A stretch of 64,000 bases of DNA from the NCBI GenBank assembly GCA_022508565.1, contig JAFLUY010000003.1:69599-133598 (forward strand). Direction: 5' to 3'. Of this stretch, positions 8,596-18,817 are shown piece after piece. Position 1 is the first letter of the stretch. Each line of letters opens with the position of its first letter. Under the pieces are notes generated by a model. That model did no database searches. It had not been told where the DNA came from and was given only the letters and a program-made list of their open reading frames with translations. The position numbers and the translations under genes are program-made. This DNA comes from Erysipelotrichales bacterium (lineage in GTDB: Bacteria; Bacillota_I; Bacilli_A; RF39; UBA660).

Positions 8596-10845
8596 TTAAG
8601 ACAGATAATGTTTAACGGCATTAGAAGTATAAGTATCCGAGTCAACAATATCTTTTAAATATCCCTCATAAACTATTCTGCCACCGTTTTTTCCAGCATC
8701 TGGGCCCATATCGATAATATAATCTGCATCGATAATAAAGTCTAAATTATGTTCAATAACTATAATTGTGTTGCCATTATCTAACATCTTGTTCATTACC
8801 TGTTTAAGAATCTCAATATCTCTTAAATGTAAGCCTTGAGTAGGTTCGTCAAAAATATAAATATTACCTTTTTTGACTAAATATTTAGACATATTTACTC
8901 TTCCAACTTCTCCTCCGGATAAAGTATCCAAAGTTTGTCCTAGTTTTAAATATTCCAATCCCACATTTTTAAGAATTTCTAGTCTTGCAATAATATCTTT
9001 ATTATCGAAGAAGTTTAATGCTTCTTCAACCGTCATTTCTAAAACTTCATTAATATTTTTGTTCTTATATAAATATTTTAAAACTTCTTCTTTATATCTT
9101 TTACCATGACATATTTCACAAACTTGTTTAACATCGCCTAAAAAGTGCATATCCATTTTAAGTACACCAGCACCATCACAGTTTGGGCATGCTCCTGTTG
9201 AGTTAAAGCTAAATTCACTTGCAGGAACATTAGTGGCTTTTGAGAACTCATCTCTTATAATATCAAAAGTTTTAGTGTAAGTTGCAACATTACTTCTACA
9301 ATTAATACCTATGTTATCTTTGCCAATTTTAATTAGATTCTTGTCACTATTAATTAGATATCTTATTAATGATGACTTTCCACTTCCTGATACTCCTGTA
9401 ATGCAAGTCAAAACATTAAGAGGAATTTTAACATCTAAATCTTTTATATTATTTGTATTTATACCCTTTACCTCATAAAAACCATTTATTTGTCTAGGAG
9501 TATTAGAAATTGCTTTTTTGTCGTTTAAGTATTGTCCAGTGATTGATTGAGAACATTTTTTTATTCCTTCAACAGATCCCGAATAAATCAATTCTCCGCC
9601 GTGTCTTCCAGATTCAGGACCAATATCAATAATATTATCAGCATTATTAATAATTTCCCTATTATGCTCTACTACTATTGCGGTATTATTATTTGCCACT
9701 ATATTTTTAATAGATTTAATAATTTTAGAAACATCCTTACTATGAAATCCTAAGCTTGGTTCATCCATAATATATATTAACTCATTTAAAGTATTACTCA
9801 TACTTTTTGCTAATTTTATTTTTTGTGCTTCCCCTCCTGATAAAGTACCAACACTTCTATTTAAAGTTAAATAACCTATTCCTAAATCGATTAGATTTTT
9901 CAAGTCTTTTTTCATTTTAGAAACAATCTCATTAGCTTCAACCTCATCAATTTTTAAAATAAAATCATATAAATCAACTATTTCTAAATTTAATAAATCT
10001 TTTAAACTTTTGTCATGTACTTTAACTGATAAAGCTTTTTCATTGAGTCTTGCCCCTTCGCAAAGCGAACATCGCTCTTCTTTAAAAAACTCTCTGTCAT
10101 AATCATTTATTTGTAATCCTCTAGAGTCTGATTGTCTTTTAATAAGCCTACTAACAATACCTTCATAAGACCAGTTTTGAACAAATCCTTCATTTTGATT
10201 CATAAATGTTGTTGGTTCTTTATATAAAAGTAGATCCAATTCTTCTTTAGAATAATCTTTTAATTTCTTGTTCATATCAAAATAACCGGTAGATTTTTGT
10301 ATGTTAAAATATCTAGAATCAACTTTCCAAGTTCTATGTTTAATGGCTCCTTCATTTAATGATAAATCAAAATCTATTATTTTTGCTAGGTCAACTACTA
10401 ATTCAACACCAAGTCCACCACATTTTTTGCATGCACCTTTTGCAGTGTTAAATGAAAAATAACTACTATCAAAAATAGGATAACCAATTCTAGAATATAA
10501 TAATCTTAAGTAAGTATATATTTCCGTATATGTACCAACTGTACTTCTAGGGCTAGAACCAAGTTTCCTTTGTTCCACTAGAACACAAGGAGATAAATTA
10601 ACAATTTTATCTACATTAGGTTTATTTATCTTAGGCAAATTCTTTACTACATAAGTTGATAATGTTTCATAAAACGAAGTCTGCGCCATAGCATAAATAC
10701 AATCAAAAACTAAAGATGATTTGCCCGATCCAGATACTCCAGTTACTACATTAAACTTATGCTTGTCGATTTCAAGTGATAAATTTTTAAGATTGTTTTC
10801 TTTAGCACCAACTATTTTAATCTTATCAAAATTATTATCCAACAT
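8596..10845 (-). CDS. UvrA-like double ABC ATPase, class II (short, no UvrB-binding domain)
   Basis: Two Walker A (GVSGSGKSS, GVSGSGKSSL), two LSGGE signatures, zinc-finger Cys pairs (CKKCGGLG, CPNCDGAG). 749 aa versus about 940 for canonical UvrA. Confidence 0.8.
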   Translation of the reverse strand: MLDNNFDKIKIVGAKENNLKNLSLEIDKHKFNVVTGVSGSGKSSLVFDCIYAMAQTSFYETLSTYVVKNLPKINKPNVDKIVNLSPCVLVEQRKLGSSPRSTVGTYTEIYTYLRLLYSRIGYPIFDSSYFSFNTAKGACKKCGGLGVELVVDLAKIIDFDLSLNEGAIKHRTWKVDSRYFNIQKSTGYFDMNKKLKDYSKEELDLLLYKEPTTFMNQNEGFVQNWSYEGIVSRLIKRQSDSRGLQINDYDREFFKEERCSLCEGARLNEKALSVKVHDKSLKDLLNLEIVDLYDFILKIDEVEANEIVSKMKKDLKNLIDLGIGYLTLNRSVGTLSGGEAQKIKLAKSMSNTLNELIYIMDEPSLGFHSKDVSKIIKSIKNIVANNNTAIVVEHNREIINNADNIIDIGPESGRHGGELIYSGSVEGIKKCSQSITGQYLNDKKAISNTPRQINGFYEVKGINTNNIKDLDVKIPLNVLTCITGVSGSGKSSLIRYLINSDKNLIKIGKDNIGINCRSNVATYTKTFDIIRDEFSKATNVPASEFSFNSTGACPNCDGAGVLKMDMHFLGDVKQVCEICHGKRYKEEVLKYLYKNKNINEVLEMTVEEALNFFDNKDIIARLEILKNVGLEYLKLGQTLDTLSGGEVGRVNMSKYLVKKGNIYIFDEPTQGLHLRDIEILKQVMNKMLDNGNTIIVIEHNLDFIIDADYIIDMGPDAGKNGGRIVYEGYLKDIVDSDTYTSNAVKHYLS

Positions 10846-10930
10846 AAATACCCTCCAAAACAGCTAACTCGTTATTATATAAAGTATTAAAATTATGCAC
10901 GCATATATATATTACTATTATATCAAACAT

Positions 10931-12409
10931 TTATTTTGTTTTAGCATATTTTTTTTCAAAGTAATTAACTATTGGATCAACTGATATTTCAGAATTACAC
11001 ATTCTATTGATTATTTCAGAAGACGTATAAGCTGCACCGTTTTTATAAATATTATTGATTAAATAATCAGTTATATCTTTTACTCTTCCAGCCTTTAATA
11101 ATTCATCCAAATTACCTAAATCTTTTTCAACAGCTTGCATAAACATTCCATCATATATTGTTCCTAATAAGTAAGATGGGAAATAGCCAAAGTCGCCTTC
11201 AGACCAATGAATATCTTGCATTAATCCATCAGAATCATTTTTTACCTCTATTCCTAAATAATCTTTCATTTTTTGATTCCATAGACTTGGTAAGTCATCA
11301 AGAGAAACTCCTTCGTTAAATATTGCTCTTTCAATCTCATATCTTAATATTATATGCATGCAATAAGTTAACTCATCAGATTCAATTCTCTTAACATTTG
11401 GAACGGGATGATTTAATATTTCCACAAATTCAGATAGTGATCTGTCTAAGCGTAACCTTTTACTGATCTCATCGTAAATAGGTATCCAAAAGTTTATATT
11501 TCTACCTAAAATATTTTCGTAAAATCTAGATTGACTTTCATGTAAAGCATATAAATTATCTATAGTAACATTTTCATATCTAGATAAATTGTCACTTATA
11601 TTTTGTTCAAATATAGCATGGCCACCTTCATGTGTAATCGTTGTAAGGAAATCAAATGGATCATTTACATTTCTGAAGGCTATTCTTATATCATTACTAC
11701 ACATTTTTTCAGTATAACCATGAGGATATATTCCAAGCGTACCTTTTTTTAAATCAAATCCAATGTATTCTAATAAAAATTGAGCACAGTCAATTAATTC
11801 TTGATTAGTATACGAATATCTGTTATTAGGTATTACTTGTTCAGATCCCTTTGGAATCATAGGTAAAAGTCTTTTCTTTAATTCATCAAATAATCTATCT
11901 ATAACATCACTTGTCATACCAGTTTCATATTGATTTAGCATAACATCATATAAATTATCAGATTCACTATCAATATATCTATAATATTGCTTAGTCATTT
12001 CAATTATTTGTTCTAAATATGGTTTAAACATTTGATAATTATTTTGTTCCTTTGCATTTTTCCACACAACATTAGACTTACTTCTTAATTCCATATATTT
12101 TGCATAAAAATCTGAAGGAACTTTTTTATTATCTTCATAGTTTCTTAATAATTTACAAATATAACGTCTTTCTGCTTCTTCTATATTTTTAAACTCTTGA
12201 TCATCTACAACTTCATTTAACAACTCACCATAATAATCTGAAGTTTGAAGTTCAAATAGTTTGCTTTCATAATTTGTAATTAAATCAATTAAATCTTGTT
12301 CAGCTTTTTCTGGTGTTGAAATTTTTAATTCCCATCTTAATAAATTGAGTGTGTACTGAATATTAGATATTTCTTTCTGATAATCCAGCAATTTTTTTAA
12401 TTTTTCCAT
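10931..12409 (-). CDS. M32 carboxypeptidase (Taq-type)
   Basis: HEGGHAIFE zinc motif in M32-like context, about 490 aa. Confidence 0.7.
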   Translation of the reverse strand: MEKLKKLLDYQKEISNIQYTLNLLRWELKISTPEKAEQDLIDLITNYESKLFELQTSDYYGELLNEVVDDQEFKNIEEAERRYICKLLRNYEDNKKVPSDFYAKYMELRSKSNVVWKNAKEQNNYQMFKPYLEQIIEMTKQYYRYIDSESDNLYDVMLNQYETGMTSDVIDRLFDELKKRLLPMIPKGSEQVIPNNRYSYTNQELIDCAQFLLEYIGFDLKKGTLGIYPHGYTEKMCSNDIRIAFRNVNDPFDFLTTITHEGGHAIFEQNISDNLSRYENVTIDNLYALHESQSRFYENILGRNINFWIPIYDEISKRLRLDRSLSEFVEILNHPVPNVKRIESDELTYCMHIILRYEIERAIFNEGVSLDDLPSLWNQKMKDYLGIEVKNDSDGLMQDIHWSEGDFGYFPSYLLGTIYDGMFMQAVEKDLGNLDELLKAGRVKDITDYLINNIYKNGAAYTSSEIINRMCNSEISVDPIVNYFEKKYAKTK

Positions 12410-12577
12410 AAATGATCTCCTTAATTGCCTAATATTATAACACTTTCTATATTTTTATCTACAAAAATATCAAAAAATTATTTAAGGATTTTTTAACAAT
12501 AAAAAACCAATTCTTTTAGAATTGATTATATATTTATTCTCAAAGCTATAATATAAAAGTTTGAGTTGATTTCTCAT

Positions 12578-12935
12578 TGGTGGAGTCGAGCGGACTTGAA
12601 CCGCTGTCCAGATTACTCTTTTAAGTAGCGTCTACAAGTTTAGTTAGAAATCATAATTTCATAAGTACCATAAGCTTCTAACAAACAAGATACTTACTAT
12701 CTTATAAATATTCGTCTACATCATATAAGAACTAACATAGATATATTCCATATATATGAACCGCTATAATAACTATGGAAGAATTATTACATCAGCGCTC
12801 GTCTGCTAATTATTAAGCAGCTGCTAGAGCAAAATTAAATTTATTGTCAGTTAATTTTAAATTTTTGTCACTTAGGATTGACTACCACTTGCAACTAAAT
12901 CAAGACTGTAACCTGTCGAAACCAAATACGACCCC
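12578..12935 (-). ncRNA. ssrA: tmRNA (ssrA)
   Basis: On the - strand: 5' GGGGTCGTATTTGGTTTCGACAGG..., 3' GGTTCAAGTCCGCTCGACTCCACCA. Tag ORF ...GAC AAT AAA TTT AAT TTT GCT CTA GCA GCT GCT TAA TAA (tag about DNKFNFALAAA). Confidence 0.85.
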
Positions 12936-12997
12936 GGTGTACATGAAGAATGATACCATAATAAGGCTTTTTTTTCAAGAAAAGAAGAATAGATAAA

Positions 12998-13291
12998 CTA
13001 TTCTTCTACACTACTCATATCAATAATTAATTCACCATCTTTGGTAAATAAATACTTTTCTCTTGCGTACTTAGCAACATATTCAGGATCTTGTAGTTTT
13101 ACAACAGTTCCTTCTAATGATTCTTCATTTTCAAGTAATTCGTTATATTTTTGTGTTAGTTCTTCTTTTGTCTTTCTATTCTTTGCTATTTGTTGCCATG
13201 TACTAAAACACGATAAAGAGAGAAATGCCGCAATGCCAATTAGCATACAAAGATATATAAACAAACGTAATCTATACTTTTTCATAGCCAC
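12998..13291 (-). CDS. divIC: septum formation initiator DivIC/FtsB family
   Basis: N-terminal TM segment plus coiled coil and KLQDPEYVAKYAREKYLF motif. Synteny yabP-yabQ-divIC. Confidence 0.7.
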   Translation of the reverse strand: MAMKKYRLRLFIYLCMLIGIAAFLSLSCFSTWQQIAKNRKTKEELTQKYNELLENEESLEGTVVKLQDPEYVAKYAREKYLFTKDGELIIDMSSVEE

Positions 13292-13341
13292 ACTCTCCTT
13301 TATAATAGTATACTAAATTAGCAAATATTTTACATATATAA

Positions 13342-13593
13342 TTACTTCTTTAACTTTCTCTTTACATACGTTTTTACAATATATGCTATGTAAACTGAAT
13401 ATAAAATATCCAATATAACATATTCATTAAAAATAAAGGAATTATATAAATAACATATATAAGTAAATATTAAAGAAAAAATTATAATTAATAACAACTT
13501 TAAAATATTATTTATGTTATTAAGATATAAATAGAATATGGACATTAAAAAAGATATTATAAAAATAATTAATAAATAAACTAACTGATTCAT
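13342..13593 (-). CDS. yabQ: small membrane protein, YabQ-like (spore cortex biosynthesis)
   Basis: 83-aa hydrophobic protein in the yabQ position between yabP and divIC, with 4-nt overlap to yabP. Confidence 0.4.
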   Translation of the reverse strand: MNQLVYLLIIFIISFLMSIFYLYLNNINNILKLLLIIIFSLIFTYICYLYNSFIFNEYVILDILYSVYIAYIVKTYVKRKLKK

Positions 13594-13856
13594 TTAAATA
13601 ATTTAGTTATTAAAGATTCGTTGTTTTTAATATTCGAATAAGTAAAGGAATCTATAGAACCTTTTATAGAAACATTTCCATCTATTGTATCTAATTTAAT
13701 CATTTCTAAAGATTCTCCTTTGATAATAATATCTCCCATATTAGATTCTAAAGAAAATTGTTTATCATCAAAGTTAATAATGCGCTTAATACCACTTATC
13801 ACAATACTTTTGCGATCTACTATTTTTACTACATGATTCATGCTTTGTGTTTCCAT
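13590..13856 (-). CDS. yabP: sporulation protein YabP
   Basis: Similarity by recall to YabP (...RKSIVISGIKRIINFDDKQFSLESNMGDIIIKGESLEM...) and conserved position. Confidence 0.6.
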   Translation of the reverse strand: METQSMNHVVKIVDRKSIVISGIKRIINFDDKQFSLESNMGDIIIKGESLEMIKLDTIDGNVSIKGSIDSFTYSNIKNNESLITKLFK

Positions 13857-13913
13857 AACATCCTCCTATTTAAGAATATTACAAATACAAAAAAAAATTC
13901 ACATTAATGTGAA

Positions 13914-14192
13914 TTATTCTTCTTCAGTCGCATTTTTTAATTCTTTTTCATATTCTTCTAAAATGGCATCAGTAAAAATTTGACGTGCTTCTGGGTTAAT
14001 TGGATGAGCTATATCTCTATATTCTCCAGGAGCAGTTTGTTTACTAGGCATTGCTAAGAATAAACCATTGTCTCCTTCAAGAATTCTAATATCATGTACA
14101 ACAAATTGATTATCAATTGTCACAGATGCGAATCCTCTCATTTTTGAATTTTCCTTTTCAACTACACGTACACGTACATTTGTAATCTCCAT
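13914..14192 (-). CDS. spoVG: septation protein SpoVG
   Basis: MEITNVRVRVV...FVVHDIRILEGDNGLFLAMPSK..YRDIAHPIN is near-identical in pattern to SpoVG. Confidence 0.85.
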   Translation of the reverse strand: MEITNVRVRVVEKENSKMRGFASVTIDNQFVVHDIRILEGDNGLFLAMPSKQTAPGEYRDIAHPINPEARQIFTDAILEEYEKELKNATEEE

Positions 14193-14254
14193 CCTGCATT
14201 CACCTCTCTATTATAAGTTAATTGTAATACAATTTAAAGATAATTGCAATATTT

Positions 14255-15013
14255 TTATCTTGGATAGCCAACGTACATCATACCATTTCCCAAAATACCG
14301 CCTATACCATTTTTACCATATTTTGTCTTACTTAATAATTCTTTAATATTAATCATTTCGTCTCTTTTTGTTAGAGAAACATTAACAGCTATTACAGCTG
14401 GATCTAATGCATGAATATTAACTCGCTTGGGACTAGAAGCAAAATTTGCTCCACTTTTAATTAAATCTTCATAATCACTTTGACATGCGCCTGCTACAAT
14501 TACTAATTTTTCATGAGACTTTTCATATTCACGTGCTTTCAATATTGTATCTCTAAAATATTTAGAGTTTTTATAATTATTAATATTGTTAATATCTCCG
14601 TTTTTATCATAATATGCATCATGACCAGTGATAACTAAGATATCTGGTCGAGTTTCATTTAATAATTTAAGAATTGTATTAGGCATATCCGATTCTTTTA
14701 CTTGTTTACCAATTGCTAAAACATCACATTCTTTATAAAAAGTTAAAGACTTATTTAAATAATCGATATCCCCATCTATATGAAGAATTTTTCCTGGTAA
14801 ATAAAAATATTCATCTCTTTCTAACATCTCTGTATCAAGAGTAGGTCGATAATCATCTACTTTATCAGATAAAACTAAATCTTCTAAGTCTGCATCAGCA
14901 TAAAGTCTTATATCAGTTCCCTTAAGTAAAGCAACTTTATCTTTAATTTCTAAAATTATAAAATTAATATCATTATTATGGCTTATTCTTGAAACAATAT
15001 CACCTATTTTCAT
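14255..15013 (-). CDS. yabG: sporulation-specific protease YabG
   Basis: YabG-like N-terminus MKIGDIVSR... and position between ksgA and spoVG as in Bacillus. Confidence 0.65.
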   Translation of the reverse strand: MKIGDIVSRISHNNDINFIILEIKDKVALLKGTDIRLYADADLEDLVLSDKVDDYRPTLDTEMLERDEYFYLPGKILHIDGDIDYLNKSLTFYKECDVLAIGKQVKESDMPNTILKLLNETRPDILVITGHDAYYDKNGDINNINNYKNSKYFRDTILKAREYEKSHEKLVIVAGACQSDYEDLIKSGANFASSPKRVNIHALDPAVIAVNVSLTKRDEMINIKELLSKTKYGKNGIGGILGNGMMYVGYPR

Positions 15014-15054
15014 AAAATCACCTATTATAAGTTATTCATGAAAATTTAATATTG

Positions 15055-15831
15055 TTAATATTTGTTAGCAATGTCTACAAATACTTTATAGTTTAAATTT
15101 TCAGCTCTATGTTCAAGTGTTAATCCATGTTCATCTAATATTGAAGCTATTTTTTCTAAATCATATCCTTTTAAATTATTTTTTAAATTCTTTCTTTTAA
15201 ATTTAAAAGAATCTTTAATAATTTTATTAAATTTCTCAATATCGACAGGAATTTGATTTTCTTTATGAGTTAGTTTTATTACTGCACTATCGACATTTGG
15301 AACTGGATAAAACTTTTTTCTATCTACAACAAATAACTTTTTAGTATCAAAATAATAATTTAAAAAGACACTTATAGAACCATAATCGCGAGTTGAAACT
15401 TTAGCAGTAAATCTTTCTGCAACTTCTTTTTGAACCATAAATACTAATTCTTTAGGATTAAGTTCAGATTCTATTATTTTAGTAATTATAGGTGTTGTTA
15501 TGTAATAAGGAAGATTACCTATAATATAGAGATTTTTATAATTAATATTCTTTATATCATTAAGAATATCTCTTTTTAAAAAATCATCATATATAACCTT
15601 AACCTTATCACTTTCCAAAAAAGACAAATAATCGAATGCATCTGTATCAATTTCATAAGCAAGCAAATATGAATTTTTCCTTACTAAGCTCTTAGTTAAA
15701 GCACCTGCTCCAGGGCCTATTTCAATAATTAAATCATCAACTGACGCATTTATAGAATCAACTATATTATTTATAGTTGTTTTATCTTGCAAAAAGTTTT
15801 GACCATATTTTTTCTTAAAATTAAAACTCAT
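15055..15831 (-). CDS. rsmA: 16S rRNA (adenine1518/1519-N6)-dimethyltransferase RsmA/KsgA
   Basis: MSFNFKKKYGQNFLQD... GPGAGALT SAM motif. Confidence 0.85.
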   Translation of the reverse strand: MSFNFKKKYGQNFLQDKTTINNIVDSINASVDDLIIEIGPGAGALTKSLVRKNSYLLAYEIDTDAFDYLSFLESDKVKVIYDDFLKRDILNDIKNINYKNLYIIGNLPYYITTPIITKIIESELNPKELVFMVQKEVAERFTAKVSTRDYGSISVFLNYYFDTKKLFVVDRKKFYPVPNVDSAVIKLTHKENQIPVDIEKFNKIIKDSFKFKRKNLKNNLKGYDLEKIASILDEHGLTLEHRAENLNYKVFVDIANKY

Positions 15832-15899
15832 AACAAATCCCTCATTTCAAATATAATAACATAAATTTTAAACAAAAGAAAACTTCACAATTGTGAAGT

Positions 15900-16448
15900 C
15901 TAATTATTTCTTTCCCATCCAAATCTTAATACATCATAAGTTAATTTGTGACGTCCAATATTGTTTGTAGCATAAGATTGAGACGGAACTAATAAATCTA
16001 AATCTGTTCCTAAAACTCCTCTATCTAAAACAATACCTATAACTTTTTGACTAGATACATATGATGCATCAAATGTTACAATCGAACCACATGGTAAGTT
16101 ATTAGAAGACGCTAAGATTACTACATTTCCATAATCTTGATCAAAATAACTTGTTGTTCCATTTCCAACATATGAGCCAGTACAAGCTAAATATCCAGTA
16201 CATAATGGGCAATCAGCAGCATATCCTGTTAAATCTCCAGTAAATGTATCTAATGGATAATACTTATCAGCTAAATTTATTTCATTTAATTTCATAGCCA
16301 TAGCTGTTAAGTCTAAAGTTTTGTTTAAATTTTCATTAGTTAATTTATCATTTAGACTAATAACATTGACTCTTTGTAGTACTAATACTGCAATTAATAA
16401 TAACAAAAATTTTGATGTTTTGAATAATCTAGAAAGAACCTTTTTCAT
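15900..16448 (-). CDS. 3D-domain protein (YabE/YuiC-like cell-wall protein)
   Basis: Signal/TM N-terminus, C-terminal Asp-containing 3D-like domain. Start placed at MKKVLSRL (AGGGTGA RBS) rather than the upstream ATG that overlaps tatD. Confidence 0.5.
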   Translation of the reverse strand: MKKVLSRLFKTSKFLLLLIAVLVLQRVNVISLNDKLTNENLNKTLDLTAMAMKLNEINLADKYYPLDTFTGDLTGYAADCPLCTGYLACTGSYVGNGTTSYFDQDYGNVVILASSNNLPCGSIVTFDASYVSSQKVIGIVLDRGVLGTDLDLLVPSQSYATNNIGRHKLTYDVLRFGWERNN

Positions 16449-16486
16449 TACTATCACCCTACATTTAAATTGTACCATGAGCAACG

Positions 16487-17236
16487 CTAAATGTCAAAAA
16501 TTTCTTGAATATTTTTATTGGTAATTTCTTCTACTTCTTGATAATTTATATGCATTAAATTTGCAAAATATTCAGCTATATTTTTTATATATTTTGGTTC
16601 GTTATTTTTACCTCTAAAAGGTTCAGGCGCCAGGAATGGAGAATCAGTTTCTAAAACTATTTTATCTAATGGAATTTGCTTAATAATTTCATCAATTTTT
16701 GAGTTTTTAAAAGTCATGACTCCACCAACTCCAATAATATAGCCCATCTTAATATATTGCATTGCTGTCTCTAAACTACCAGAAAAACAGTGGATCACAC
16801 CCTTTAATTTATATTTGCTTAAAATACTTATAGTATCTAATGTTGCTTCTCTTGAATGGATTACAACTGGTAAATTATATTCTTGAGCTAACTTTAATTG
16901 GTATTCAAAGACTTCTATTTGCCTTTCCTTTGTTTCTTTACCATAATAGTAATCCAAGCCTATTTCTCCAATTGCTACTAACTTTTTATTACCTAGGTTT
17001 GCTTCTAAAATATTCTTTAATTCTTCTAAATCATTGAAGCAATTTTCAGGATGTATTCCAAGTGTTATATATACTTCTTCATACTTTTTTGAAAGATCAA
17101 TCATTTCATAACAAGCGAGTATTGAATCAGCTGCACTTATATATCTAGTAACACCTGCTTCTTTTGCATCTTTTATTACTTTATCTATATCAGAAAAAAA
17201 TTCTTTAGTTAAATGACAATGTGTATCTGTTAACAT
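16487..17236 (-). CDS. tatD: TatD-family deoxyribonuclease
   Basis: MLTDTHCHL..., metal-binding His/Asp pattern of TatD. Confidence 0.85.
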   Translation of the reverse strand: MLTDTHCHLTKEFFSDIDKVIKDAKEAGVTRYISAADSILACYEMIDLSKKYEEVYITLGIHPENCFNDLEELKNILEANLGNKKLVAIGEIGLDYYYGKETKERQIEVFEYQLKLAQEYNLPVVIHSREATLDTISILSKYKLKGVIHCFSGSLETAMQYIKMGYIIGVGGVMTFKNSKIDEIIKQIPLDKIVLETDSPFLAPEPFRGKNNEPKYIKNIAEYFANLMHINYQEVEEITNKNIQEIFDI

Positions 17237-17271
17237 AAATATTCTCCTTAAAAAGAGTCCTAAAGGGACTC

Positions 17272-18807
17272 TTAATCAGCTTTTTCAATTCTAGCAAATA
17301 ATATTTCTGGATTATTTAATACTGTACCTGATTTGAACACACCAAATTTATTTGTAGATTCATATGTTTTTTCATCAGTATTTATTAAGTCAAATATCTT
17401 ATCTGCAGTATCTGGTAAGAAAGGTTGTAAGTAAACGGCGCAAACTCTAATAGATTCAACTAAATTATATAATACTGTTTTTAATCTATCATGCTCATTT
17501 TCATCTTTTGCAAGAATCCATGGAGTTGTTTCATCAATGTATTTATTAGACGCTCTTAAAACATTAAATATTTCATCAATAGCATCAGCTATTTTTAAAT
17601 CGTCCATGCATTTTTTTACTTTAGCACCTAAACCCTCAACTTTACCTATTAGGTTTTGATCTGCATCTCCAACAACTTGAGTGTTTTCAACAACACCTTC
17701 AAAGTATTTATGAGACATTGAAATAGTTCTGTTAACTAAGTTTCCTAAAATATTAGCTAAATCAGTATTATTTCTTTCGATAATTAACTCTTCTGTAATA
17801 ACTCCATCATCTGCAAATGGAATTTCATGTAATACAAAATATCTAATAGCATCTAATCCGTATTTTTCAACTAAGTCATCTGCATATAATAGATTTCCAC
17901 GGGATTTACTCATCTTATCTGTACCACTTAATAACCACGGATGTCCAAATACTTGTTTAGGTAAAGGAATGTCTAAACTCATTAAGAAACAAGGCCAATA
18001 AATAGTATGGAATCTAATTATATCTTTACCAATTAAATGTAAGTCGGCAGGCCAGAATTTTTTAAATTCTTCAGTTTGTTCATCTACATCATAACCTATG
18101 TTAGTAATATAATTTGTTAGAGCATCAAGCCAAACATACACAACATGTTTATCATCAAAATCTACCGGAATACCCCATTTAAATGAAGTTCTTGAAACAC
18201 ATAAATCTTGTAATCCTGGTTTAATGAAGTTGTTAAGCATTTCGTTTTTTCTTGATTCAGGTTGAATAAACTCTTGATGTTCATTAATATAATCAACTAG
18301 CTTATCTTGATATTTAGATAATTTAAAAAAGTACGCTTCTTCAGTTTTTTCTTGAACATCTCTTCCACAATCAGGGCATCTTCCATCAACTAATTGAGAT
18401 TCTGTCCAAAAAGATTCACAAGGAATACAATAAAGTCCTTTATATTCACCTTTATAAATATCCCCTTTATCATACATTTTCTTGAAAATATGTTGTACAA
18501 CACTCTCATGATTTTTATCAGTAGTTCTAACAAATCTATCATAAGTTGTATTCATTAAATCCCAAATATCTTTGATTTGAGAGGCAACTCCATCAACATA
18601 CTCTTGTGGTTCAACAGCAGCTTCCCTAGCTTTTATTTCTATTTTTTCACCATGTTCATCTGTACCAGTTTGAAAATAAACATTATAACCTTCTAATCTT
18701 TTATTTCTTGCAATTGCATCAGCTAGTACAATTTCATATGTGTTACCAATATGTGGTTTACTAGATGTATAAGCAATGGCTGTACTTATATAATAATTTC
18801 CCTTCAT
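17272..18807 (-). CDS. metG: methionine--tRNA ligase (short form)
   Basis: HIGN (HIGH-class) and KMSKS motifs, zinc knuckle CPDCGRD. Start at MKGNYY with AGGAGGG RBS. Confidence 0.9.
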   Translation of the reverse strand: MKGNYYISTAIAYTSSKPHIGNTYEIVLADAIARNKRLEGYNVYFQTGTDEHGEKIEIKAREAAVEPQEYVDGVASQIKDIWDLMNTTYDRFVRTTDKNHESVVQHIFKKMYDKGDIYKGEYKGLYCIPCESFWTESQLVDGRCPDCGRDVQEKTEEAYFFKLSKYQDKLVDYINEHQEFIQPESRKNEMLNNFIKPGLQDLCVSRTSFKWGIPVDFDDKHVVYVWLDALTNYITNIGYDVDEQTEEFKKFWPADLHLIGKDIIRFHTIYWPCFLMSLDIPLPKQVFGHPWLLSGTDKMSKSRGNLLYADDLVEKYGLDAIRYFVLHEIPFADDGVITEELIIERNNTDLANILGNLVNRTISMSHKYFEGVVENTQVVGDADQNLIGKVEGLGAKVKKCMDDLKIADAIDEIFNVLRASNKYIDETTPWILAKDENEHDRLKTVLYNLVESIRVCAVYLQPFLPDTADKIFDLINTDEKTYESTNKFGVFKSGTVLNNPEILFARIEKAD

Positions 18808-18817
18808 ATTATCCCTC

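Noticed and set aside
8873-9753. Two + strand ORFs (8873-9109, 9547-9753) antisense to the UvrA paralog
   Set aside because: Embedded antisense frames inside a conserved ABC ATPase gene. Low-complexity translations.
13041-13316. + strand 91-aa ORF overlapping divIC
   Set aside because: Antisense to a gene with a clear DivIC/FtsB motif and good synteny.
16321-17037. + strand ORFs 16321-16524 and 16840-17037
   Set aside because: Antisense within the yabE-like and tatD coding regions.
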